DNA from: Hormiphora californensis
Lineage: Eukaryota > Animalia > Ctenophora
Reading direction: 5' to 3'
DNA length: 64,000 nt
Assembly (NCBI GenBank): GCA_020137815.1
Contig: CM035353.1
Span: forward strand, 3,534,001 to 3,598,000
The stretch's first letter is position 1, and the number at the start of each line of letters is the position of its first letter. The notes beneath the pieces are model-generated. The model was not told the origin of the DNA, ran no database searches, and saw only the letters and a program-made list of their open reading frames with translations. Shown in pieces: positions 24,943 to 37,130 of this stretch. The position numbers were made by a program, and so were the translations under genes.

Positions 24943-25419
24943 GATGTGTCACTCGTGCAAGTATTAGCTATAAAACTGAACAACTTGAACTAAGGTTTTA
25001 TTAGTATGTTCCTTTATTTATACCCCGCCCCGCTGCATATTATGAATATAATCCCTCACCACGGTGTAAAAGTCTTCTACTGACGTGGCATATCTGTTAT
25101 AATAAAAGATGCTATCAGCATATATAACTTATTATATATGCCGATAGAGAGGGAAAGAGGGATTTTAGAGACCGGTAGAGTAGCAAAAACAGGAATTGGG
25201 ATGGTGATAAATCAACTATGTGATTGTGTATAAAACAATGGGAGGGGGGGGGGGGGTAATTTGATCCGATCCGTGGGTGAGGGGGATCAGATCCTCCAAT
25301 GTTATCCGATGCAGAGGTCGGCCGGCCTCCGAAACAATGTGTGTGTGATATGTGGTCTGAATGGACGGATCTGCATTTTACCGTGTGGGGCAATAAAAGT
25401 CCCCCCAAGTCTACCATAG

Positions 25420-26229
25420 ACATTGTATGCTTCTGCTTCTCTCCCCTTCCCCCTTCTGTGGCTTGGTATTGCACCAGCTCCCCATCTTGGGCAGAAGCAG
25501 CTGGCAATATACCAGCCACCGATTCCCCTTCCCCCGCCAGCCCTAAAACGGCCACTCCCGGACATATAATGTGCTCCAGATCAACCCAGACACATAATGG
25601 GCTCCAGAAAACATGATTATGATTAAAACTATGACTAACTAAGACTATAACTATGACCATAACTATGACTCTCTATAATTCAATGCTCTCTATCTCCCTG
25701 AAAATCCTTGCTCCCAATTATAATGGTCCTATTCTCTCATTCTCCCTAACACCCACCGCCCCACCCCACCGCCCCACCCCGCCCACCCTAATTGAAGCGG
25801 TTTTACAAGTACAAACTCAGGGGACAAATCCTTTAGAGTTCAATAGTGAACCAATTAGTCCATCAGGTCACATGTCAACTACTGTCCAATTACATCATGA
25901 AATCTTTCAATTCCTATGGAAAGGCACGTAAATGTCACGAGGATCACATTACAGCGGTACACCGGGGCCACCCCCCCCCCTTTTTTTTTCTTCACCTTTC
26001 ATGGGGTGGCTCCGGTCCTCACCCAATTCACCTCAAACCCACCTGGACGCCTCACGGCAACTCGACATCCCGGTGGTAATCAAGTTCCTCAGCCCCAGTC
26101 ACTCACGTGCACTATTAACCCCCCCCCCCAGCGGTGGCAAATCCCTTATTTGGGAAGCCTCTCATGGTCAACCGTGAGCCTAAAACAAGGGCTCCAAACT
26201 GTACCAACCGCTCTCACCAACCAACCCAA
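25420..26229 (+). mobile_element. 810-bp insertion with 15-bp TSD, probably a retroposed 5'-truncated LINE/SINE tail
   Basis: Flanked by CCAAGTCTACCATAG at 25405-25419 and 26230-26244. The paralogous empty site has one copy (23950-23964). The insert ends in a CCAA-type tail. Confidence 0.8.
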
Positions 26230-26254
26230 CCAAGTCTACCATAGTTCCAGATAT

Positions 26255-26582
26255 CGGTAAGCGGACTCTAGTGCTAAAACCCTTACCCTAACCCTTACCC
26301 TAACCTTGAACCCAAATAAAGGCACTAACACTTCTAAATTAGTATAGAGGTACAGCAAACTCTCATTTCCGGCCTGACGGCCGAAATCTCGAGTTCGCCG
26401 AGGATGGCGGACTCTATGTCTAATTTAGATTTATGTAGATATAGAGTCCGCCCTTTGTAGACTTAGATATAGAGTCCTCCTAGAGTTTATTACTTATACT
26501 TATTTGGACTCTTTATCTAAATCTAAATTTAGATATAGAGTCCACTGTAGACTTAGAGTGTAGCACTAGAGTCCGCCTACCG
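26255..26582. mobile_element. MITE, same family as 21499-22134
   Basis: CGGTAAGCGGACTCTAGTGCTA ... TAGCACTAGAGTCCGCCTACCG. Confidence 0.8.
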
Positions 26583-27350
26583 CTCGAAGTAAACACTAGC
26601 AAAACCAAGATCATAGTGTTCAACTTATCGGGAAGGATCCTTAAAGAAGCTAAAGGCTACTATCTACTCGGAAAAGAACTGGAAGCGGTGAAAGAATACA
26701 CTTACCTGGGAATAACTTTCGTGGCCTCTGGTTCGATGAAAACTGCCATGAAAAACCTATCACTGAAAGCCACAAGAGCTATTTCAATACTGAGGAGGAC
26801 TGTTGACGTTAATGCCCTATCAGCCTGAACAGTTTCAAGCTGTACGATGCTCTCATTGAGCCCATTCTAACCTACGGCTCGCCGGTATGGCTTCCATCAC
26901 TGGAGGTGGCCAAAGCTCTGGACCAGTCAACTAGCTGTGATACTTTTTTCAAGCCTCTGATATATATAATAATACATCTGAGAAAGTGTATCTGAGATTC
27001 ATTAAGTGGGCGCTTGGTGTCCATAAAAAAGCCACTAATACTGCTTGATACGGAGATTCGGGCAGAGCCCCAACATTTATATCTGCGATCAACCGTGGTC
27101 TTTCTTACTTTGACTGAGTAATGTCAAAAGAAGCAGATGGTTCAATCCTAGGCCTTGCTGCGGAAGAACAGAGGTCTCTGAATCTAAATTGGTACTCCTT
27201 CTGGGGAAAAATCCGCAACAATTTCACTAGAAATGACCTCGAGAGATTCATGATTAACCACTGGGATATTTACACCGAAAGGAATGGAAATGCCCTGAAC
27301 AGGTTCCTCAAAGCGTCACATACAGTACGAGACAATTATATGGAACCATG
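26583..27350 (+). pseudogene. Decayed LINE RT C-terminal region (RTEX/L2-group-like)
   Basis: LEVNTSKTKIIVFN...VKEYTYLGITF...KATRA, then after a frameshift LYDALIEPILTYGSPVW and LRFIKWALGVHKKATN; contains in-frame stops. Confidence 0.8.
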
Positions 27351-27397
27351 AACACTTTTATCTTTGCAGCAGTCTTATGTCAACAATTCCTGGTTAG

Positions 27398-27506
27398 CAG
27401 GAACCGACCGAAACAAGTAAACAGCCAATCAGAACTCGTTATTTAGGTCACGTGACTGGTTATCAGCCAATCAGGGACCAGTATTTCCTGATTCGGTCGG
27501 TTCCTG
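27398..27506. mobile_element. 109-bp hAT MITE (CAGGAACCGACCGAA family), copy 2
   Basis: Perfect 15-bp TIRs and perfect 8-bp TSD CTGGTTAG. Confidence 0.95.
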
Positions 27507-27762
27507 CTGGTTAGGGCGTGTGTGGGTCTCGATGTTCCCAGCGTCTGCCTGAGTAGAGACCAGTAGTGCTGCCGCGTGTGTGCCTCGTCGCAAATCAATC
27601 GGTTTCGCGGAGCCTTGCTGATCTGGCAGTCGCTGGGCCCATCTGTGTTTTCCCCCTACTGTGCAGGATGGCACAGCCATAATATTTTGGCTCTTTTCCT
27701 GTTGGTTTTTTATTCTATTCTATAGGGGGTCCGGTCTTCAAGATGAATTTGAGGTCCGTATC

Positions 27763-28153
27763 GGGGGAGCTGGGTGGGAAGGTGGGTTGGGAAAGGGGGA
27801 GCTGGGTGGGAAGGTGGGTTGGGAAAGGGGGAGCTGGGTGGGTAGGTGGGTTTGGAAAGGGGAGCTGGGTGGGTATGTGGGTTGGGAAAGGGGGAGCTGG
27901 GTGGGTAGGTGGGTTCGGAAAGGGGGAGCTGGGTGGGAAGGTGGGTTGGGAAAGGGGAGCTGGGTGGGTAGGTGGGTTTGGAAAGGGGGAGCTGGATGGG
28001 TAGGTGGGTTTGGAAAGGGGGAGCTGGATGGGAAGGTGGGTTGGGAAAAGGGGAGCTGGGTGGGAAGGTGGGTTGGGAAAGGGGGAGCTGGATGGGTAGG
28101 TGGGTTCGGAAAGGGGGAGCTGGGTGGGAAGGTGGGTTGGGAAAGGGGAGCTG
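27763..28153 (+). repeat. G-rich ~32-bp minisatellite (GGGGGAGCTGGGTGGGAAGGTGGGTTGGGAAA) x ~12
   Basis: Direct inspection; up to five G3+ tracts per unit. Confidence 0.9.
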
Positions 28154-30445
28154 AAATGGTTGTGGTAGTGGTGGGTGTTTGTATGGGAAGGGATCACCTA
28201 CAAGACACCGTACCATACTGTATAATATGGTCCATACACACATAGTCTCGCAGTGACGTGGTGAATGGCTCACACTTTTATAGAGGGGGTGTGTTGTGGT
28301 TTATGTCCACTCTGATAGAGAGATAGATACAGAGAGGCCGGATACAAAGTACTATTATTATAGCTAGGGGCAGTGGTTGCTATATGTTACACGTATATAC
28401 GTATACTAGAAAACCCGTTGAAGTAGAGCACCCGTTGACCCGAATCCCCACCCCCTCACCCAGGAGCACCCCCTCACCCAGGAGCACCCCTCTCACCCAC
28501 TGCACCAACCCGCACGTGCAGCCTTCAATCACCCGCTGGTGACGTGGTGAATGGTGACGTGGTGAATGGTGACGTGGTGAATGGTGATGTGGTGAATGGC
28601 TCACACTTTTATAGAGGGGGGTGTTGTGGTTTAATACCCACTCTGATAAAGAGATAGATACAGAGAGGGACACAGTACTACTCACACTTTTGTAGAGGGG
28701 CCGTACGTGTTGAGGTTTTAGGGAAGTATCGCCCCCAAAAACCGGCAAAAGGGCTGCGCGCGAGCCAATTTGCCTATAATTACAGGTAAGGGTAGGCTCA
28801 CGCACATGAAATTGGGGTTTTTGGGGGTATCAGGGGGCGATACTTCCCGACAAGATAGAAAGCTAATTCAGGTTGCGTTGGATTCGTATTGAAAAGCAGA
28901 TTCAGAAACATGTCGTTCCCTATTTCGGCGTTGATGACCGTCAGACCCTATCAGATACAGAGAGGCCGGATACAAAGTACTATTATAGCTCGGGGCAGTG
29001 CAGTTGCTATATATTGCACGTATATACGTATATACTGTTGAACCCCGATTTACCGGTACTATACCCCGATTTACCGGAAGGAAAAACTTCCCCCGATTTA
29101 GGAAATTAACGGTTGTATATCACCCCGATTTACCGGGAGGAAAAACTTCCCCCGGTGTAGGAAATCAACGGTATATCCGGACACCCCGCGGAGGGGTAAT
29201 TTCATTACCAAGTAAATAGGTGGGAGACATCTATATATCTTCCTGGTCAAGGAATTAAAAGAGGTCTTATTTTCAAAAAGATAGCTAATAGCTAGGTCCT
29301 AGCTATTAACTACCGTTTTTTTATCATTTTTACGTCTTAGGCCCTCCGGATATCATTTCCCATCGGCACTCCGTTATTATTAAATATAAGTTCCCCCTCT
29401 AGGTCGCACAACCGGTAGTTTAGATCGGCGTTCTGGTTAAGCGTCCTTCAGGAGCACCGTATATTATAGTATGAGACGATTTCTATCTCTCCCTTGTGAG
29501 GGAGAGAATTCAGTACGAGCTGATAAAGTCCAGTGATTGCAATCACGGGGGGGCTTTATCAGCTACATGATTTCCCAGTGCTCAGAGTGCAAAACAATGA
29601 TTGTCTTACACAATTGAGATATACCATTTCCTCCTCTTACTACTTTGTACCTTCTCAACCCCATCCCTCACCTTTCTCTCTCTGTCCCCCTCTCTCTCTC
29701 TGTCCTCTGACTCTATCAGTAGATATACTACTATTATCGGATTAATATATTACACTGTAACTTATATTTTATAGCAAACTGTGAAGATTTCCCAGTGCTA
29801 CAAGTGAAAAAAGGATATGGCCGAAACACGGAGTTTTTACGTCTTCCACAGGTGGCTAAATTTGGCCACCTGCTAATCTCAGGACATCCAAATTATATGT
29901 CAAACAAGAATTAATGCATTATATGTATTCATAATGCGGTGTTTCCCTGCCACAAATGGGCGTAAAATTGATGACTAAGCTTCAAAACCGGATTTCCCGA
30001 TGAATTTTGCACTCAAAGAGCAATTTTTGGCCTATACGATGTTGGTTGCTATGGTATCCATGGTTGTTGCTATGGTACTCAAAGCAGTTGCTATGATGAC
30101 CAAGACAGTTGCTATGATAACCAATTGGCAGTTGCTTGGTTACCAAGTGTTTCAACTTTTATACCCTAGCTCCAGTCACTTGCAATTATTGTGTGATAGT
30201 AGTTTCATGCCTGGAAGACTTGCTACCACGTCATGGTACGGCTGTAGGGTACCCAAAGTGATTTCATGTGAAAATAAGAAGTGATGCGAGTGAGTAATTG
30301 CGCGCCACAATGCGTGTTAATCATTTCCTTTGTTGCATTAACAAAGTGTGAGTTGAAAGATTTATGAAGGAGCACTGGAGCAGACTTTGTTGCTATGTGT
30401 AACGGTGGACAGACGGACACTTTTAGTGCGTGCTAAAAAGATCAT

Positions 30446-30478
30446 CCCGGGTGAATGCCCGAAGGGCATTCACCCGGG
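30446..30478. other. Perfect 15-bp GC-rich hairpin, likely the end of a Helitron/Helentron-like element
   Basis: CCCGGGTGAATGCCC-GAA-GGGCATTCACCCGGG, preceded by GGACAGACGGACAC. The hairpin is certain; the element identity is inferred. Confidence 0.45.
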
Positions 30479-30651
30479 CAGGGAACAAATGACCCTTCAT
30501 ACATAATTACATTTATTTACTTGCAATTACACTCACTATATAAGTTCAGGACCTTGAGACTTGAGACCTCTACGACGAGCCCTAGAAACCCTGTCAACGG
30601 TCTCAGGGGGCTTCAAAACTTTCACAAAAACATCGATGATTTTATGCATTA

Positions 30652-30823
30652 CAGTCGGACCCCGATTTAGGGACACCCTCGGGGGAAAGGCTCTTGTCCA
30701 CTAAATCGGGGTGTCCACTAAATCGGGGTCAAATAAGGTTAATTTCCTATATCGGGGAAAAAAAATCCTGTCCCTAAATCGGGGTGCCACTAAATCGGGG
30801 GCCCCTAAATCGGGGTCCGACTG
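30652..30823. mobile_element. pogo/Tc1-mariner-type MITE
   Basis: TA|CAGTCGGACCCCGATTTAG ... CTAAATCGGGGTCCGACTG|TA with internal CTAAATCGGGG repeats. Confidence 0.9.
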
Positions 30824-32074
30824 TATAATGGTTTATGATTTTTTCCATCTGCTCGACCCAGCAGGGAGGGCTAAGAGAGATTATTGAATGTTAAAAGAAG
30901 AATGGAGTGACAAAATGAGGTGTTTGAACTGATCATAGAACGAGAGCAAAATGATCAGAGTGCACATATGATGTACTTCAGGTGTCATCTGATAGACATA
31001 ATACATCTGTTATAATACAACTTGTGGTGAAACTTCCTGGATCAAGTTTCCCGAGAGACTCGGAATGAGAGACGAGTTACAGTAGAAGAAGATTGTAGAA
31101 GATGCAGGGGTTCCCTGTCAGAGCATTGGCCTGACCCATTCTCGCGCGAGAACTGTGGTCAGAGCATTGGCCTGACAGGGGGTTCCAAACTTTTTAATAT
31201 TCAGTCAGAGCATTGGCATGACTATTTTACAGTCTATATTCTCATTTCTTTTAAACAGGGGTTTGACCGCTAGGTTCTGCACAGTGCACGCGGAGCACGC
31301 AAGAACAGCGTTCAGAAGAACAGCGTTCAGAGCACTGGCCTGACAGTAAGTAACGTTTGAAAAGTCCAAATATATGTCGATATTTATTCCCCTATTTGAT
31401 TTTCATCAACTTTCATCAACTACATGAACGTAAAACTATTTATTGAGGATGCTTATTGTATTGTGGGAATGAGCCATTCGAATTAAATTCTTCGGTGGTA
31501 GCAATGCCATAATTGGCACAGCCCCATAACAGTGCTGCTTGTGTTACCGTAATGGAAATACAGTAAGGGGACGCTACTAGGATGTGTATCACTGTCTCTA
31601 AGTATTGTTTAAACCGCTTTAGGAAACCGCTGATGTGAACTGTATATTTTCACCTCTCAGCCTTGTATCACTTTATTAGTGTATGGTGTAAGAGCGGGAC
31701 GAAGTTATATATTAATTGTGTGACTTTGTGATAAATTGTGCGTAAACTTAAACTTAAACTTAAACGTTGCATAACGCGTGGCAAAAAGTACATGTGTTCA
31801 CTGTTCAGCACGTACTAGCGCCTTGATTGGCCACGTTTGCGCGTCGTCTTACTGTATCTCCGTTTTTCATTACCGTTTTCCCACTACAAGCGACCGTGTA
31901 AGTCACCGTGTTTTCCTGATTAATATCTCAATTGGCCTTGGAACTGTAACAAGCTATCCCAAAACATGTTTNNNNNNNNNNNNNNNNNNNNNNNNNNNNN
32001 NNNNNNNNNNNNNNNNNNNNNNNNNNNNNNNNNNNNNNNNNNNNNNNNNNNNNNNNNNNNNNNNNNNNNNNCCC

Positions 32075-32105
<31 letters not shown>

Positions 32106-32719
32106 AAACCCCCCCCCCCAATTTTTTAAAAAACCCAAAGGGAAAAAAACTTCCTTTTTGGGATTTTTTAATTTAAAAATTTTAAGGACAAAAATGCGTT
32201 CTGTAGAACACAAGGTGAAGCAGCTGGAAGCAGCCGGGTATAAAAGGACCCATTTCAGCCCAATCACAACATTGACTCTGGGGGGGTTCTTTTCCCCCTT
32301 CTCTTTTTTGAGGCCGTCTCCACCAGGTTTGAGTGGGGAGATTGGAGTTCCCTTTCCCCCGGCCTGGTTTTCTACACATGGTAGCAGGGATCTGTACCCC
32401 CTTTGTCATAATATATTGGACAAGGGAGGTATTCTATATCGCTCCACCTTTGCTGGCAACTGCGCTCAGATAACATTGAATGCAGCTGCAGGATAGCTTG
32501 ATAGCTGCAAGTCCTTCGCGCATGATACCACGAACAATTCTAGCTGCAGTATTCCTATATATGCTAGCAACTATTCGTGGTGAAATTTATCAAGATTGCT
32601 GCAACTCCCGATCCCTCCCCTTTATGGGGGGAACAAATAGAATGACATGCGTTTTTGTATAAGCTTGCCAACATGGATTTCTTTTTTTGGTGGGTGTATG
32701 TACCCTACCTCACACCTTT

Positions 32720-33970
32720 TTGAAATCTCCAGAAGCTTCTTCGACGTTGGTTCAAGCTGTGCCTGTATTGTTTCTCGCATACTTCAAATAGAGATTTGCT
32801 TCCGGAGAACCGGTGCACCGCGGTGAAGAGAAAGAAGATGGACAAATACGTCATCCTTTTCCTGATTCTTCACCTCTCTTCCTCCCTCCCTCCCTCTCTT
32901 CCTCTCTCTCTCCCTCTCCCTCTCTCTCCCTCTCCCTCTCCCTCTTATCGAATGGATGGAAGCAAACGACCATTGATATTTGCTTTTAGCACCCGATTAG
33001 CTGAAGATAAAGCGTTTCCTGTGGTAGATAGAAGAGAGAGAGAGAGAGAGAGAAAGGAGAGAGAGAAAGAGAAATCGATGCTTCTAAGGAGACTGGTTGT
33101 TTTTTGAACCGACGGTCGTTATGATAGTAATCTTTCTCGCCCCATTTTCTCTCCATCTTTCACTTACTCTCTCTCTCTCTTATCCCTCTCTCCCTCTCTC
33201 TCTCGTCCAGTCCTATCCCTTGTGATTTAGGCGATTGTTTGGTGAAGAATGGGGGATGGGGAAGTAGTATGCCATTGTTCACCGCTAAATAAAAGAGCTC
33301 CCCACAATGAATTCCTGGAATCCTCCCAGTCTGTTATATGGGTCTCTTCTAGTTGATTATAGTGCACTAACATCAACTATATATTGTGATTCTTCAACAA
33401 TTTTAGTGAACAAACGTCCAAAAAAGTTTACCACGTACCGCAAAGTTTTGGGGCAACAATTTTGAGGTTTCTGCTGACTCATACAAATTTGTGTTTCGTG
33501 AAACTTCAATTGTTCTCTTCCCTTTCAATGTGCAGGCCACGAGCTTCCTGTTTCGTCTAGACATTGAGTTGGCGATCATCACTCGACCAGTTCCCCCTCT
33601 TTTCCATTATAAAATAGTCACCATACCTTGCCTTATTCGACCCTGTTTGAACAAAACAAGGTCGAGAGGAATGTAGAAGCTCATATCATCTTGGCGGTGT
33701 AAACTGCAGTAAACGCCTCCTTCGAACACGGTGCGACGTGCACCGTTTCCCAAAGATTGCCTTTTCCCTAAACAATAAAAGCATCCTCATCTAGAAGATG
33801 AGAACTGGGTTCTAAGACAAGATGTTTTTAATATCTGTTTTCCATAATCTTCTCTTACCTATACTTGATTGCCTGCGCGTTATAGATCAACAAAAGTTTC
33901 ATATCTTTAGATCCCTCACTACCAAGATATAGGTGCAATATCTCGACCAGCTCCCTGTAATTACCAATGT
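32720..33970 (-). pseudogene. Possible highly decayed DNA transposase (hATm-like)
   Basis: Minus-strand fragments GNYRELVEILHLYLG, ITDWEDS and LAVNN recall the 'DYRELLEL...YLG', 'P..W' and 'L.VVND' motifs of that family in the expected order; many stops and frameshifts. Confidence 0.3.
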
Positions 33971-34860
33971 CATATACGAAACTCACTAAAGGATCCTCGT
34001 ATCATGCAACGCGGCATGATCGGCAACTGATCCCACCACCATATCTAATATCCTAGCTGCTTCATGACCGGCAACTGATCCCACCACCATATCTAATATC
34101 CTCAGCTCCTTGGAGGCACGCAGTAGACGGGATTATATCTCAGATATACGCTGATGATCCCTAGTTAGTCCGTCTCCCTTGCGTGAAGTACTTAGCTGCG
34201 GGGTAGTAGACAATAGTCCTGTAGTAGCTCAGTTCCCCCGTCGCCATGAAGTAGACTCTACTTAATGGAGAGGCCGGGGAGTATGTGACGTGCAGTGCAG
34301 CTACTAAAATTATAAAAGAGCTATCTTCATCTCGTCTTGAGTCTGTACTGCAGCAGGCAGCTAATGTCGAATATTTGACGGGTATCATGTAAGGTGTAGT
34401 AGTCCAAATCACAAGCTGCTGCCATGACACCTGGTTTTCTTATTTTTCTTCCTTTCCATCCCGACTAAGTGCCTGGTGCATATACAATATATAGGCACTA
34501 TGAATTCTGATATTCAGTATATTCACACTCTCTAGTTTAATTTGTGAAATCACGATTTCCTGTCCCCTCGCATGATGATTCCCTCACAATGTGTGTGCTA
34601 TCACATATTGTGACTTGTTCAACTAGCTGAACAAGTCCTATGTAGCTGCAGCTGTTAGTAGTTCTCACAGCGTCGAATGAGCGCTTAGCACAACTAACGG
34701 ATGGAGGATTCGTCGCTCCATGAGAACTATAACAGCTATCATGTGATAGAGGACTTCTCTCTTTCCCTCAATGATCTCTCGACACGATCTCTGGCTTCCT
34801 CCTTCGTGCTATCACAAAATTTCACACAGTTCTAAATGTCCTCTATTCTAATCCCAGCTA

Positions 34861-35020
34861 GCAATCCCTTCTAATTCTCTCTCCCGATCCCTTCTAATTC
34901 TCTCCTCCCCATCCTTCTAATTCTCTCTCCCCATCCTTCTAATTCTCTCTCCCCCTCCCTTCTAATTCTCTCCTCCCCATCCCTCCTAATTCTCTCCCCT
35001 CCGTTCTCTCTTCCCCATGC
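34861..35020. repeat. ~22-24-bp pyrimidine-rich minisatellite (CCCATCCTTCTAATTCTCTCT)
   Basis: Direct inspection. Confidence 0.8.
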
Positions 35021-35903
35021 CTCCAGTTCCCCGGAAAGGTGCCGCAGCTCGGATTGTTTTGCGGTTATCATCATGTTGATAGCTTGCCGATAGCGGTTAG
35101 GGCTAATGTGAGCTGGAGAGAGCGAGAGAGAGAGAGAGAGGGCGTGATAAAGGAGACGCGCGTTTCCGGCTCCACATGTGACTGGTCACGTGACAGCCTC
35201 ACATATAAACACGCTCCTTGGAAGGAGAAGGGCTAGAAATCTTTCTTTTCTTGTGGTGTTCCGTCAAATTAGCAGGAGAGAGATTACCTGCACACATTAA
35301 GCTGCACTTTACTGAAATTTACATGGCCTCTATTATTATATAGCAGGAGACTCTCCTGCTATAATAATAGAGGCCTCTCCTCAGGAGAGGTTAGAGCGAG
35401 TTTTAAATTGCTTCCAAAGAGATAAACTTCAAGATAATCGAGACGATCGATGGGCACATAAAATTATTAATTCAGCTGTTTATGATAGCTGAGATTTACA
35501 ATAATGTTCGAAACTGTTTTATTTAGGTCATCACTATTTTTCTTAGGTCACCACTTAACAAACTATAATATAAAAGTTATAAGACCTTTCTGAAAATTAG
35601 AATCATATGTTGTCTGTAGCTCGAGTAATCAGCATAATTCAGATCACCATGTAATTTATGCGGGCGCTAGCGATCTAAATTATGATTGAAGGGGGGGAGA
35701 TCTAGGTGAGGAAGATGAGATCTAGAGTGAGATCTAGAGTGAGATCTAGATTCAAGATGGTGAGAATTTTATAAAACACAGTTTCAGTCTGATTGGGTTG
35801 GGCAACTTGTTTTGAAAACTAACAAAACATGTGGACACGGGAGCAACGTATATTATTGGGCAACAAAATAAAGCCTTTAATTAATCTTTTCCATCAACCA
35901 ATC

Positions 35904-35904
<1 letters not shown>

Positions 35905-35951
<47 letters not shown>

Positions 35952-36108
35952 CTCTTTTTTTTCTCTCTCTTTTTCTTTCTCTCTCTCTCTCTTTTTCTTT
36001 CTCTTTCTCCCTCTCTCTCTTATACATCTTAATTTCTCTCTCTCCTTCTCTCTCCTTCTCACGTTCTTTCTTTCTTTCTTCCTTTCTCTCTTTCTCTCTT
36101 TCTCTCAT
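35905..36108. repeat. (CT)n/(CTTT)n microsatellite
   Basis: Direct inspection. Confidence 0.9.
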
Positions 36109-36345
36109 AGCGCCCCTCTTTTATAAACAACGAGTTTCAACTCCAGCGAAATGTCTGCAGCTATAGATCTTAGTAACTGAGTTTGTCCCAACTGCAGCAG
36201 CACCCACAAGCAGCACATATTTGATACCACTTTTGTTTGTAATTATACAGTTGATATGGTATTACGGTATTTCCTTTTTCTATATTGTTGATGTCACTCC
36301 CCTAACAATTCTATTCCGTCTAGCACCCCAAGTCCCACCGACACA

Positions 36346-37130
36346 ATGAAGCTGTTCCTCCTTGTCCTGGCCGGAATTGTTGCCCTTGCATCATGTGAAG
36401 TAGAGCTGACAGCAGAGGAGAGCAACCAAGTCAGGGACAGTGGTAAGTCTATATCCAACAATTCTTGTCCCCATATATGCCCCTCACTATACTATAATCG
36501 CCCTAACTATAAACAGCTCTTCAAATATTTGTTTTGCTACCCACCCCCCTTAGCACCAGGAACCGACCGAATCAGGAAATACTGGTGATCCCTGATTGGC
36601 TGATAACCAGTCACATGATTGGTTGTTTACTTGTATTTCGGTCGGTTCCTGCGTAGCACGTCTCTGAGCTTCATCCACCCATAATGCTAATCTCACTCTT
36701 CGATATATCTAATTCCCACTATCTCACTATCCCACTAACCCAGTACCCACTATCCCACTATCCCACTAACCCACTATCCCATTACCCACTAACCCACTAT
36801 CTCACTATCCCACTATCCCACTATATCTCACTAACCCACTATCTCACTAACCCAGTACCCACTATCCCACTAACCCACTATCCCACTAACCCATTACCCA
36901 CTAACCCACTATCTCACTATCCCACTTTCTCACTAACCCAGTACCCACTATCCCACTATCCCACTTTCTCACTAACCCACTAGTGCCCACTAACCCACTC
37001 TTCCTCCCCTGCAGAAGAAGATTCCATGATGGTGAAACGGGGAGCCCGATACGACCTGAACAACTACAAGAAATTCAAGCAGGGCACCAGGGGATGGACG
37101 GGCGCTAACGGCCTCAAGGAGGAAGAATAG
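36346..37130 (+). CDS. Neuropeptide precursor, ctenophore WTGamide-type (70 aa; exons 36346-36442, 37015-37130)
   Basis: Joined translation MKLFLLVLAGIVALASC-EVELTAEESNQVRDSEEDSMMV-KR-GARYDLNNYKKFKQGTRGWTG-ANGLKEEE*. It has a signal peptide, acidic pro-region, dibasic KR and acidic tail. The GTAAGT/CAG intron is phase 1 and there is AATAAA at 37466. The core 20-mer aligns gap-free with the WTGamide AKFSMSNYRGHKQGNRGWTG (recalled; needs a database check). Confidence 0.88.
36557..36651. mobile_element. hAT MITE (CAGGAACCGACCGAA family), copy 3, in the neuropeptide intron
   Basis: TIRs present; TSD CTTAGCAC vs CGTAGCAC. Confidence 0.9.
36715..37000. repeat. Intronic 8-bp-unit repeat (CCCACTAT/CCCACTAA)
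   Basis: Direct inspection. Confidence 0.85.

Larger units (their letters stand above)
22733..25419. repeat. Tandem segmental duplication (~1.24-kb units, offset 1448 bp) carrying the lectin-like genes
   Basis: 22733-23976 aligns with 24181-25419 (plus 26230-26256) across CDS and both flanks. Confidence 0.9.

Noticed and set aside
22928-24983. Antisense and alternate-frame ORFs over the lectin-like genes
   Set aside because: They are shared only because the whole segment is duplicated.
27661-28273. Gly/Trp- and Pro-rich ORFs
   Set aside because: Translations of a ~32-bp (non-triplet) minisatellite.
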